The notes beneath the pieces are model-generated. The model ran no database searches and was not told the origin of the DNA. It worked only from the letters and a program-made list of their open reading frames with translations. The translations under genes were made by a program, and so were the position numbers. DNA of 45,435 nt, from the NCBI GenBank assembly GCA_024276115.1, contig JAJRXV010000276.1, forward strand, positions 1 through 45,435. The letters are read 5' to 3'. Positions 30,047 through 39,758 of this stretch are shown here, in pieces (positions within the stretch are counted from its first letter, which is position 1; every line of letters begins with the position of its first letter). The DNA is from Deltaproteobacteria bacterium. Its GTDB lineage: Bacteria > Desulfobacterota > JAJRXV01.

Positions 30047-30544
30047 TTACATCTTGTACTTTCCAAAATCCTCTGGTGAGAGATTATCAAGTATCTCAGC
30101 CCATTTCTTTTCTTCAAATTCTTTTTTTGTTTTGTCGTCTATCAAGCCTTCCCTGCCTGATTTGTTAATTACCTTTTCTTCAACAAATATCGGTGCTTCC
30201 ATACTGATTGCCAGCGCCAGCGCGTCAGAAGGGCGCGCGTCTACAACAATCACTTCTTTACCATTATCTATAAAGAGCTCGGCGAAAAAAGTACTCTCCT
30301 TTAAATCACTGATTATTACCTTTTTTAGTTCCGCGCCGAGAGCTTTGATGATGTTTTTTGTCAGAATGTGCGTCAAAGGTCTCGGAATAGATATCTTCTC
30401 CAGCTCAGCCGCAATAGCGCTCGCTTCTAGTATCCCTATCCATATCGGTACTATATTTTGTTCCTCGAGATCCTTCAGGATCACGATAGGTGTGTTTGCC
30501 AGCGGATCGATTGCTATCCCCGCGACTTTCATTTTTACCAGCAT
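30047..30544 (-). CDS. Bifunctional nuclease family protein (DUF151)
   Basis: PIWIGILEA, PRPLTH, DARPSDALALA. Confidence 0.92.
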   Translation of the reverse strand: MLVKMKVAGIAIDPLANTPIVILKDLEEQNIVPIWIGILEASAIAAELEKISIPRPLTHILTKNIIKALGAELKKVIISDLKESTFFAELFIDNGKEVIVVDARPSDALALAISMEAPIFVEEKVINKSGREGLIDDKTKKEFEEKKWAEILDNLSPEDFGKYKM

Positions 30545-30570
30545 ATTATTTTCCCCATTATTATCTGTTG

Positions 30571-31905
30571 CTAAACCAGCTTCCCTAACAGGGAGTTTAA
30601 ATAACTTTCTTCGATATTAACGCTTACTATCTTACCTGTAAGGCTTTCATCCCCTGTGAAGTTCACAACGCGATTACAAGTCGTACGTCCTGTAATCATA
30701 TTCTCACCACTCTTGCTAGCTCCCTCTACTAGTATCTCCATAACACGTTTCTCGAGCTTTTTGTTCTCCTCGAGCTGTATCTTTTTCTGCAATGTCTGTA
30801 ACTCTTCAAGCCGCTCTGATTTTTCACTGTTTGAAACATCATCATCAAATGACGCCGCTTTTGTTCCGGGCCGCACCGAGTACTTGAACGAAAAACTGCT
30901 TATATACCGAACTTGACGGAGCAGGGCGAGTGTATCGTTGAAATCTTTTTTGCTCTCACTGGGAAAGCCGACAATCAAATCCGTCGATATTGTAATATTA
31001 TTACACACTTTTTGCAACTTTTCAACTTTTGATAAGTAATCTTCACGTGTATAATTTCGGTTCATCGATTTTAGTACGCTGTTAGAACCGGACTGCACCG
31101 GTAAGTGTATGTTATTACAGAGCTTGTCAATAGCGCCAAATCGGTCGATCAGTTCATCGGTCAGATCCTTAGGGTGCGAAGTCATTATCCGCAACCGTTC
31201 TAAGCCGTCAATTGCCGCTACCTTGTCAAGTAGTTTTGGGAAGTCGCTTGAGCTGCTTGCCGCGTCTTTGTATGAGTTGACGTTTTGCCCGAGCAGGGTC
31301 ACTTCCTTCGCGCCATGTTTGATAAGCGTGCGAACCTCATGGAGTATGCGTTCCTCGGGGCGGCTTCTCTCCCGACCTCGAACATAAGGGACGATGCAGT
31401 ACGCGCAGAAATTATTACAACCCTCGATTATGGTGACAGAGTTTTTCGCTCCGACCATGTAGCCATCCATTTTTTCATCGATTGTGTCGTCACGGATCAC
31501 GTTCGCGCCTACATCGACGTATCTGCCGCCGGTTTTCTCGATCTTTTCGATCATTTTCTTCAGATTAAGCACGTTTTTTGTTCCGAACACGAGGTTTACG
31601 TGCCTGTGTCTGCCAAGTATCTTTTTGCCGACCTGTTGGGCGACGCAACCACCGACCGCGATTATCAGATCCGGGTTCTTCTCCTTGTATGGTCTCAGCC
31701 TTCCTAACATGCTGTATACTTTATCCTCAGCCTTCTGGCGTATGCTACAAGTGTTCAGGACAATAATATCCGCTACGCCGATATCGTCGTTCAGGCTGTA
31801 CCCGAGTGATGATAGTTGGTGTGAGACGCGTTTTGAGTCATATTCGTTCATCTGGCATCCGAATGTTTTAATATATAGGTTCTTCATGTTTTGCTTTTGC
31901 TCCAT
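30571..31905 (-). CDS. miaB: tRNA methylthiotransferase MiaB
   Basis: TFGCQMN, NTCSIRQKAE, GCVAQ, GCNNFCAYCIVP (radical SAM), TRAM C-terminus. Confidence 0.96.
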   Translation of the reverse strand: MEQKQNMKNLYIKTFGCQMNEYDSKRVSHQLSSLGYSLNDDIGVADIIVLNTCSIRQKAEDKVYSMLGRLRPYKEKNPDLIIAVGGCVAQQVGKKILGRHRHVNLVFGTKNVLNLKKMIEKIEKTGGRYVDVGANVIRDDTIDEKMDGYMVGAKNSVTIIEGCNNFCAYCIVPYVRGRERSRPEERILHEVRTLIKHGAKEVTLLGQNVNSYKDAASSSSDFPKLLDKVAAIDGLERLRIMTSHPKDLTDELIDRFGAIDKLCNNIHLPVQSGSNSVLKSMNRNYTREDYLSKVEKLQKVCNNITISTDLIVGFPSESKKDFNDTLALLRQVRYISSFSFKYSVRPGTKAASFDDDVSNSEKSERLEELQTLQKKIQLEENKKLEKRVMEILVEGASKSGENMITGRTTCNRVVNFTGDESLTGKIVSVNIEESYLNSLLGKLV

Positions 31906-32014
31906 CCGCTAAAATTAGTATTTGATTTTATGATATTTAGATTGGGTTAGTCAAGGGATATGTTACGAATGATGAATTATGAGTTAATAATGATGAGTTT
32001 CGACCCTTGGTAGT

Positions 32015-32866
32015 TTACAGGTTTTTCAGTCGGGGGTCAAGCGCGTCCCGTATCCCCTCACCGAGAAGATTGTAGCCGAGAACAGTGATAAGTATCGCGA
32101 ATCCAGGGAATAGAGAGAGCCACCACGCGAAGTCGATCGTCCGTTGACCTATCCGAAGGATGTTGCCCCAGCTTGGCGCGGGTAGAGGGACTCCTATCCC
32201 TAAAAAGCTGAGTGATGATTCTGTCAGGATAGCGCTGGCTACGCCGAGTGTCGCAGAGACCAACACCGGAGCGAGCGCGTTTGGCAGTATGTGCCGAAAG
32301 ATTATACGGAACTCTGGTACTCCTAGAGCTTTTGCGGCAAGTACAAATTCGCGCTGTTTCAGGCTCAAGAATTCCGCGCGCACCAGCCTTGTGACACCGG
32401 GCCAGCCTGTGAGTCCGATTATGGCCATTATATTAAATATATTTGGATCCAGAAAAGCGATAACCGCCAGTATCAGGAAAAATGTCGGAAAGCATAGCAT
32501 CAAATCGGTAACACGCATTATTATTGTGTCAACCCATCCGCCATAATAGCCCGAAATAGAACCGAGGATAATTCCTATAAAAATGGTGATACCTACAGAG
32601 ACAAATCCTACCATAAGTGATATTCTTTAACCAAATATCATTCTCGCGAATACATCCCTGCCGAGATCATCGGTACCGAACCAGTGGTCGACAGAAGGCG
32701 GGAGCAGTTTTAGTTTTAGGTCTATATATAGTGGGTTATGCGACGTGATGAATGGGGCTAAAAGCGCGATTAGAAAGAGAATAAGGACTATCAACCCACC
32801 AGAGGTCGCAAGCTTGTTTCTTTTGAACATCTCCCAAAAAACTTGAAACCTTTTTTTGACTTCCAT
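32015..32866 (-). pseudogene. oppC: Oligo/dipeptide ABC permease OppC/DppC interrupted by in-frame TAA at 32627-32629
   Basis: HWFGTDDLGRDVFARMIFG*RISLMVG reads through in frame; EAA-like motif EFVLAAKALG; RHILPN. Confidence 0.85.
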
Positions 32867-33402
32867 GCGTACCCCAAGTGAAAATATCAATTAAATAATA
32901 ATAAAAAGGAATAATAGTATATTTTTAATTTGATTTTATCAAGATTTTTTTTTATAATAACAACAATACATACACGTGAAAGTGATCTGCGTAAGCGGGG
33001 ATGTGTTTATTTTGCTGTGAATCAGTGTAATCACTTGAAAGTAAAGCGATTTTTTCTGCGTAAAAAAAACAGTGGAATAATTCATACATGATTCTGGTGT
33101 GGTATGTTGCCTTCTAGTGGTGGTTTGCAGGCCAAAAGGGTTTATCTGTTTATTTTTGTGTTAACGCTTTTAGTCTATAGAATTGTTATACTTAGGAATA
33201 TCGAACAGATTGTGCATGTTTGTGAGTGGTGTTTTTACTGGAATGATTCTTAATCCGCTACCCAAAAGGGTTAATCGGGAATAAAAAAAACATTTTATGC
33301 TTGATAAACGCAGTTTGCTGTGTTATAAACATTATCTTAATACAAGTTCATGTTATAGTTAGCAAATATTTTTATTTATTTATTTTTATGGGGGTTGTTT
33401 GG

Positions 33403-34146
33403 ATGAGGAAGAATTTAATTTATAAGAGGTTAATCGAGGTTCAGGGTGGGATGACTTTGCGCACTTTTGCTGAGAAGATCGGAATTGGTCAGTCAACCCT
33501 TCATAATTACCTAAAGGGCCGGATCCCAAAAGCGGACTTTATCGATCAGGTTTGTTCAGCGATGAACATCAATGAAAGATGGTTGCTTTCGGGTAAAGGA
33601 CCAAAGTACAGAAATGACTTGATCGAGGAGTCATTAAGAAATGTAAAGACTTCAATGGCCGCTCCGAATATAATAATTCAGGGCGACTCGGATTCGGGGA
33701 TGGGACCAGCAACACTCGACTCTGGTAACTATGTGCCGGTACCGCTAGTTGCTAGTAGCGCTATCAAAAAAGAGTTCAAGAATATCAATCCCGCTAAGGA
33801 TATTGAGACTCACCTTGTAGTTCCAAAAAATATGCTTTCTGAGGGAGGCAACTACTTCTGCTTCAAGCTGACAGAAGACAGTATGTCACCGATCCTTGAA
33901 AAAGATGATATCGTCGGTGTTAATTATACAAAACGTGATCCGAACACTTTACGTGGGAAGATGATAGCGGCTATGATTGATGAAGGTGTCATCGTAAGGT
34001 ACTTGAATTGGGATAGCGAAAACAATTATATTTTAGAGCCATATAACTTTTTTAAATTCAGGAAAGTGTATATATCTAAAGACAAAGAAGTCTCAATTCT
34101 CGGTACTGTCGAGTGGTGTTGGAAGAAAATTGAAAAAGTTATGTAA
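33403..34146 (+). CDS. XRE-family HTH + S24-like domain regulator (CI/LexA-like)
   Basis: TLRTFAEKIGIGQSTLHNYLKGRIP..WLLSGKG; EDSMSPIL; ILGTVEW. Confidence 0.85.
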   Translation: MRKNLIYKRLIEVQGGMTLRTFAEKIGIGQSTLHNYLKGRIPKADFIDQVCSAMNINERWLLSGKGPKYRNDLIEESLRNVKTSMAAPNIIIQGDSDSGMGPATLDSGNYVPVPLVASSAIKKEFKNINPAKDIETHLVVPKNMLSEGGNYFCFKLTEDSMSPILEKDDIVGVNYTKRDPNTLRGKMIAAMIDEGVIVRYLNWDSENNYILEPYNFFKFRKVYISKDKEVSILGTVEWCWKKIEKVM

Positions 34147-34172
34147 TATTGATTCATCTGTTTTTATATTTA

Positions 34173-34210
34173 GAAGTAATAAAGGGGCTTTATGCCCCTT
34201 TATTACTTCC
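34173..34210. terminator. Bidirectional-type intrinsic terminator
   Basis: GAAGTAATAAAGGGGC / GCCCCTTTATTACTTC. Confidence 0.8.
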
Positions 34211-34323
34211 TGCTGAGGAGTATTGCCAAATCGTCTTTAGCTAGAAATTCTAAAAAACCCCACACGAGCGTTCTAAGCTCTACCTGTCAGCATTTTCTAC
34301 TTCTTGTTTCTTTATTATTGTTA

Positions 34324-34477
34324 AAGACCCTTGCATGACTCTAAAACCGTCATCCTGAATTCATTTCAGGATCTGGTAATCCTAATAAATTCGAGTAGAT
34401 CCAGAAACCAGAGGCGTGCCTCAAGTTCGGGACGACGGCAGTAGCTTTATACATAAAACAGGCGGTGCTGGAGTCTT
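34324..34477. mobile_element. MITE family B, copy 2
   Basis: Colinear and highly similar to 25377..25532; ends AAGACCCTTG / CTGGAGTCTT. Confidence 0.78.
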
Positions 34478-34506
34478 TTATTATGCTACATTCATACGCC
34501 ATAAGC

Positions 34507-34534
34507 TTGACATTTATAAAACAAGCACTATACT
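34507..34534 (+). promoter_or_regulatory. sigma70-type promoter
   Basis: TTGACA-N16-TATACT. Confidence 0.6.
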
Positions 34535-34579
34535 TTTAATAAAGTATCATCATCATAATAATATTTTTGAAAGATATTT

Positions 34580-35128
34580 ATGAATAAAAATATAACAACA
34601 CGCACTATCATAATAATCATATTTCAAACGCTCTTTTGGGTCTCACTTCTATGTGCCAAAGATAATGTGACCTACGAAAAAGATATCTTACCGATAATGA
34701 AAGCAAAATGTTATAGTTGTCATGGTAGCGATTCTCCAACCCAACTGGATTGGAGGAAGGATATGAAAAAGTATACCGACGATGATATTGGTTCACGCAT
34801 GGATAGCTATGAGTTGTTGATGCACTTTATTGTTGGTGGAGATATGGGCGCTTTGACCAGACGGCTTGATGATGGTGAGAATACTGAGGATGGCACGCCG
34901 GGCGTTATGTATAAATACCTTGGCAGTTCTAAAAAAGCAAGAGATGAGAACCTGACAACCTTCAAAAAATGGATCGGGTACTGGTCACTTGAGTCAGCCG
35001 ATAGTATTAAAGAGAAAGCTGAGTTGGATTGGTTAGATAGTATGCTGAGCGACGAAGCCCCGGTAGAAGTAGATGTAGACGCTAAGGTAAAAGAGATTCG
35101 AGATAAGATAAAAGCCCCTAAGAATTAA
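34580..35128 (+). CDS. Periplasmic monoheme c-type cytochrome
   Basis: Signal peptide; CYSCH; Met candidates for distal ligand (PGVMY). Confidence 0.85.
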   Translation: MNKNITTRTIIIIIFQTLFWVSLLCAKDNVTYEKDILPIMKAKCYSCHGSDSPTQLDWRKDMKKYTDDDIGSRMDSYELLMHFIVGGDMGALTRRLDDGENTEDGTPGVMYKYLGSSKKARDENLTTFKKWIGYWSLESADSIKEKAELDWLDSMLSDEAPVEVDVDAKVKEIRDKIKAPKN

Positions 35129-35166
35129 TCCATATTTTAATCTACATGCACATTAAGGAGAATGCA

Positions 35167-35778
35167 ATGAAGATCAATATCATTTTTTATAGTACCTACG
35201 GACATGTATATCAACTTGCTAACGCTATTGCTGAAGGTGTGGCACAGGTGGAAGGCGCGGACGCGAACATTTTTCAGGTACCCGAAATTCTCTCTGATGA
35301 GACAATAGAGATGATGCACGCGACTGAAGCGAAGAAAGCGTTTGCGCACGTTCGCACTGCGACTCTTACCAGCCTTTCTGAGGCGGACGCTATAATATTC
35401 GGTTCGCCTACGCGCTTCGGTATGATTGCCGCGCAGATGAAATCTTTTTTTGACTCTACCGGCGGGCTTTGGTTACAAGGAGCGCTCGTCGATAAGGTTG
35501 GCTCTGTATTCACTTCTGCCGCTACCCAGCATGGAGGGCAGGAATCGACTATTTTGAGCTTCCACACATCGCTTTTGCATCATGGTATGATTATTGTGGG
35601 CGTACCATATTCTGAAGGAAGGTTGATGGGTATTGAGGAGGTTTCCGGTGGTAGTCCGTATGGCGCGAGCACGATAGCTGGAGCTGATGGTAGCAGACAG
35701 CCAAGCGAGAATGAACTCGCGATCGCGAGTTTCCAGGGTAAACATGTCGCGGAGATAACTAAGCGTCTAAAAAGGTAG
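35167..35778 (+). CDS. wrbA: NAD(P)H:quinone oxidoreductase WrbA
   Basis: YSTYGH, GSPTRFG, QHGGQEST, GGSPYGAS. Confidence 0.95.
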   Translation: MKINIIFYSTYGHVYQLANAIAEGVAQVEGADANIFQVPEILSDETIEMMHATEAKKAFAHVRTATLTSLSEADAIIFGSPTRFGMIAAQMKSFFDSTGGLWLQGALVDKVGSVFTSAATQHGGQESTILSFHTSLLHHGMIIVGVPYSEGRLMGIEEVSGGSPYGASTIAGADGSRQPSENELAIASFQGKHVAEITKRLKR

Positions 35779-35884
35779 TTTTAATACACTAATTATTCTT
35801 GATGAATGTATTGCTTCAAGTGATTGACTTCGCTACTTTGTTGACACCTCATAAATATCTTAAAAAAAACTTGTAAAAAAAAAC

Positions 35885-35913
35885 TTGACAAAATTCAAAT
35901 GCTCATTTAAAAT
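35885..35913 (+). promoter_or_regulatory. sigma70 promoter with an overlapping near-palindrome (possible TetR operator)
   Basis: TTGACA-N17-TAAAAT; TTCAAAT-GCTC-ATTTAAA spans the spacer and -10. Confidence 0.65.
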
Positions 35914-35961
35914 AAGCGTTAGGTATGGTGTGGGAGGGATACACGAACCTAGGGGGGAATC

Positions 35962-36609
35962 GTGAAGAAAATACGGAAAGACGCTTTGTTGACTTGCCAA
36001 AACCTTATAGAGGCGGCAAGTGTTACCTTCGCGGAAAAAGGTTATCGTGACGCGACAGTAGCTGAAATATGCAGGAAAGCACATACGAATGTAGCGTCGG
36101 TAAATTATCATTTTGGGGATAAGGAGACGCTTTATCGTAAGTCATGGCGATATTCATTCAGGGAATGTTTAAAGAAATACCCGCCTGATGGCGGTGTGAG
36201 TGAGGATGCCAAGCCTGAGGAGCGTTTGAAGGGGCGCATCGTGTCGCTTGTCAGTAAAATGCTGGACAAGGATCTCAAGGCGTTTTCAATTTTGCAGAAG
36301 GAGCTGGCGCGACCGACCGGACTCTTGAAACTGCTGGTGGATAAGGAGGTTCAGCCTCTACAGGAAAAAATGACGGAGCTAGTAAGAGAGCTGATTGGTA
36401 AAGAGGTCTCAGAAGAGCGGGTGCAGGCATGTAAAACGAGTATTTTAGGGCAGTGTTTTCACGTTTTAATGATGAAACAGATAACTGTAAATATTCATGA
36501 TTTTGCTAATAATATCTGTTTTGATAATGTTGACGCTATATCAACGCATATTTTCAAATTTTCTCTCGCCGGCATCAAGGCGATCAGGGAAGAGGGATTG
36601 TCGCGGTAG
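35962..36609 (+). CDS. TetR-family regulator (DUF1956/CecR-like C-terminus)
   Basis: FAEKGYRDATVAEIC..VNYHFGDKETLY; SILGQC; FSLAGI. Confidence 0.9.
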   Translation: MKKIRKDALLTCQNLIEAASVTFAEKGYRDATVAEICRKAHTNVASVNYHFGDKETLYRKSWRYSFRECLKKYPPDGGVSEDAKPEERLKGRIVSLVSKMLDKDLKAFSILQKELARPTGLLKLLVDKEVQPLQEKMTELVRELIGKEVSEERVQACKTSILGQCFHVLMMKQITVNIHDFANNICFDNVDAISTHIFKFSLAGIKAIREEGLSR

Positions 36610-36637
36610 GGTCGAAACTGAAAAAAGGTATAATATA

Positions 36638-38077
36638 ATGTTATGTTCGAGGAAATTCAAAATTAAAAAGTTATTGCTGAAATTGTTGCTTTGCATGTTG
36701 TTGCTAACCCCGATCTCATGTGCCACAACATCTGGCAAAAAACTCTCGGCGCCAGTCACGCTACCGGATAAGTTTTCAAAAACCGGTCAGGAGCCTTTGC
36801 ATAAAAAGTGGTGGCTTGCTTTTGCGGATTCAGAGCTCAGCCGCCTGATAGATAGCGCGTTGTCAGACAACCTGAACCTTCAGGTAGCCTGGGACCGTCT
36901 TGAGCAGAGTAGGGCAGTCGCGCGTAAAAGCGGAGCTGAGACTTTACCACGGGTTGACGGTAATATATCCGCCGCCAAAACGGTCGTTGACAACTCCGGC
37001 TCGAGCGCGGTGTATGGTGAGCAGTTTTCAGCAGGTGTGGTCGCTAGTTACGAACTTGACCTCTGGGGGCGGGTTGGCGCTACGAGTAATGCCGCGAAGC
37101 TTGATATGCTCGCCTCGCGCGAGAACCTTTACGCGGCTGCGATATCGCTTAGCGTTGAGGTTGCTACGGTCTGGTATAAGCTTATCGAGCAGAGAGGGCA
37201 GATCGAGCTTTTGGACAGGCAGATAAAAAACCACAAGGATTATCTTGAGGTCGTCACAGCTCGTTTTGCGCAGGGTATGGTGCCATCAGCCGATGTTCTA
37301 CAGCAGAGGCAGGCGCTAGAGGCCACGAAAGAATCAAAGATAAAGATAAAATCCAACATTAAATTATTTGAGCATCAGTTAGCAGTACTTTTGGGGAAAG
37401 TTCCAGGTACTTTGACAATTCCTGAGAGTGTTACTCTACCAAAGTTGCCGCCATTGCCAGAAAACGGTCTGCCGGCGGAGCTAGTGAATAACCGCCCGGA
37501 TATACAAAGCGCGTTTCTTATGGTACAGGCGGCGGACAAAAGGGTTGCCGCGTCAATCGCGAACCGATACCCGAGGTTAAGCTTGTCCGCGAGCATTGAA
37601 ACATCATCTACGAAAGTTTCAGATCTTTTTAAAGACTGGTTTGCCACACTGCTGGGAAACCTGCTTATACCGATCTTTGATAATGATTCTCGTAGCGCGG
37701 AGGTAGACAGGACAAAGGCGGCGCTGTCTGAAAGAATCAATAAATACGGACAGACTATCCTTCTGGCGTTGAGGGAGGTGGAGGACGCGATCTCCAGGGA
37801 GAGTTTTCAGGTCAAGAGGCTTGATAGTCTTGACAAGCAGATAGGGATGTCAAAAAAAGTTGTCGAGCTGACCAGAAATCGCTATAAGCATGGCGCGACT
37901 GATTTCCTCAGGTTGTTGAACGCGCTTTTAAGCTATCACTCTTTACAGAGGAATCAGTTGATGGCGCGAAGGGAATTGATCGAGTATCGAATAGGTCTTT
38001 ATCGCGCGCTCGCCGGGAGCCCGGAGATGAGCAGGAGCGTTGTAACTAGAGAAACAGGAGAAAGTAATGGTAGATAA
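36638..38077 (+). CDS. RND efflux outer-membrane lipoprotein (NodT/OprM type)
   Basis: Lipobox ISC; WWLAFAD; SYELDLWG; RPDI; YRALAG. Confidence 0.92.
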   Translation: MLCSRKFKIKKLLLKLLLCMLLLTPISCATTSGKKLSAPVTLPDKFSKTGQEPLHKKWWLAFADSELSRLIDSALSDNLNLQVAWDRLEQSRAVARKSGAETLPRVDGNISAAKTVVDNSGSSAVYGEQFSAGVVASYELDLWGRVGATSNAAKLDMLASRENLYAAAISLSVEVATVWYKLIEQRGQIELLDRQIKNHKDYLEVVTARFAQGMVPSADVLQQRQALEATKESKIKIKSNIKLFEHQLAVLLGKVPGTLTIPESVTLPKLPPLPENGLPAELVNNRPDIQSAFLMVQAADKRVAASIANRYPRLSLSASIETSSTKVSDLFKDWFATLLGNLLIPIFDNDSRSAEVDRTKAALSERINKYGQTILLALREVEDAISRESFQVKRLDSLDKQIGMSKKVVELTRNRYKHGATDFLRLLNALLSYHSLQRNQLMARRELIEYRIGLYRALAGSPEMSRSVVTRETGESNGR

Positions 38078-39758
38078 TAGAGTATCACAAAATAAAAACG
38101 ATCATGACATTGAAACTAAACCGAGGCAGGAAATGACTTGGAGAAGCATTTTGGTGCGTGTTGTATTTGGGTTGGTTGTTCTTGGCGCAGCTTGGTATAT
38201 TGCGGAGTATTGGACTAATAACAGACCGCGGGCAACGCGTAAGGAGGTAGTGCGGTTAGCGCCTCTGGTCGATGGTGAGGCTGTAGAGATAAAAACTTAT
38301 CGTGCGACTATAGACGCTATGGGTACTGTCATACCCGCCAGAAGCATGGATATCGCTTCGAGAGTAGGTGGTGAGGTTATGAGTGTTTCGGGTGAGTTTT
38401 TCCCCGGGGGGCATTTGAAGTCTGGCGACAAAGTGGTCGAGATAGACAAAACAGACTATCTGCTTAATTTAGAAGAAGCGAAGTACGCGTTGGAGAAAGC
38501 TTCGTTAGCGATTTTTCAGAGCGAGCTGGCTATTGAGCAGAACGTGTTGAGTATTGAACAGAGTATATTAACTATCGAGCAGAACGAGCTCGCTATAGAA
38601 CAGAGTAAACTGAAAGCCGGGCAAAGTGAACTCGCGATAGAACAGAGCGGTTTAAATATTAAGCAGAGGGAAGCGGATGTTATCAACGCTGAAAAGAACC
38701 TCGCGATCGAGAGAGGGCAGCAGGAGATAGCAAAACGTGAATTTAAGCTACTTGGTGAAAGTATAAAGGATTCTGATAGAGATTTGTTGCTTCGCAGACC
38801 ACAGCTTAAAGCGGTCGAGGCGGCGGTGAGTTCGGCGAAGGCTCGTCTAAAAGAGGTGAAGGTGGCGAAGAAAATCGCCGAATCCGCTAAAAAATCAGCC
38901 GAGGCGGGAGTGAGATCAGCTGAGGCAAAGAAGAGATCAGCCGAAGCGGCAAAAAAAACAGCTGAGGCAAAGAAGAAATCAGCCGAGGCGGCAAAAAAGT
39001 CTGCCGAAGCGTCGAAAAAACAAGCTAAGGTCGCAATTGAAAAAGCGAAACTGAATATAGAACGTACTGCGATACTCGCGCCGTTTGACGCGGTGATACA
39101 GGAAAAAAGAGTTGAACCCGGGTCACAGGTCTCACCCGGAGCGCCTCTTGCGAAGCTAGTTGCGAGCAGTGAATACTGGGTTCAGGTCGCTGTTCCGGTC
39201 GACAGGCTCAAGTGGATAAGTATACCTAAGTACAACAGTACAGAGGGGGCGCCCGTTTTGGTCTATCATGAGTCGGCATGGGGGAAGGGCGTGTTCCGCA
39301 CCGGAACTGTCAAGCGTCTCATGACATCAGTCGAGGAGAAAGGTCGGATGGCAAGGCTTTTGGTATCGGTCGAAGATCCATTTTCTATGAACCCTGAGAA
39401 CAAAGGAGAACCCGAACTGATACTCGGCGCGTATGTCAGGGTTGAGATAGCTGGGAATGAAATTCCAGAAGCGATCCGTGTGCCGCGTACAGCTTTTCAT
39501 AACAATAAAGAAGTCTGGATAAGGAAAGATGACAAAACACTTGATATTCGTGAAGTTGATATAATTTGGAGTAACAGAGAGTATGTTTTTGTTGAAAACA
39601 GCATAGAAAACGGTGAGTTTCTTATTGTCAGCGATTTGCCGGCCCCTGTTGCGGGGATGTCGGTTCGTCTACATGGAGAAGCAGTCGAGGCTCCCGCTCC
39701 TTCTTTAGAGGAAGTTGACGCGGATGATGTTATGAAGGGGTCGTATCATGGACGTTAA
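38067..39758 (+). CDS. RND periplasmic adaptor with a much-extended alpha-hairpin
   Basis: N-terminal TM; lipoyl half motifs IASRVGGEV and ILAPFDAVI; two heptad-repeat tracts between them. Confidence 0.92.
   Translation: MVDNRVSQNKNDHDIETKPRQEMTWRSILVRVVFGLVVLGAAWYIAEYWTNNRPRATRKEVVRLAPLVDGEAVEIKTYRATIDAMGTVIPARSMDIASRVGGEVMSVSGEFFPGGHLKSGDKVVEIDKTDYLLNLEEAKYALEKASLAIFQSELAIEQNVLSIEQSILTIEQNELAIEQSKLKAGQSELAIEQSGLNIKQREADVINAEKNLAIERGQQEIAKREFKLLGESIKDSDRDLLLRRPQLKAVEAAVSSAKARLKEVKVAKKIAESAKKSAEAGVRSAEAKKRSAEAAKKTAEAKKKSAEAAKKSAEASKKQAKVAIEKAKLNIERTAILAPFDAVIQEKRVEPGSQVSPGAPLAKLVASSEYWVQVAVPVDRLKWISIPKYNSTEGAPVLVYHESAWGKGVFRTGTVKRLMTSVEEKGRMARLLVSVEDPFSMNPENKGEPELILGAYVRVEIAGNEIPEAIRVPRTAFHNNKEVWIRKDDKTLDIREVDIIWSNREYVFVENSIENGEFLIVSDLPAPVAGMSVRLHGEAVEAPAPSLEEVDADDVMKGSYHGR

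Noticed and set aside
25938-34146. Prophage defined by the excisionase-like and CI-like genes
   Set aside because: They are separated by housekeeping genes (miaB, DUF151, PHP), and no integrase or structural genes are present.
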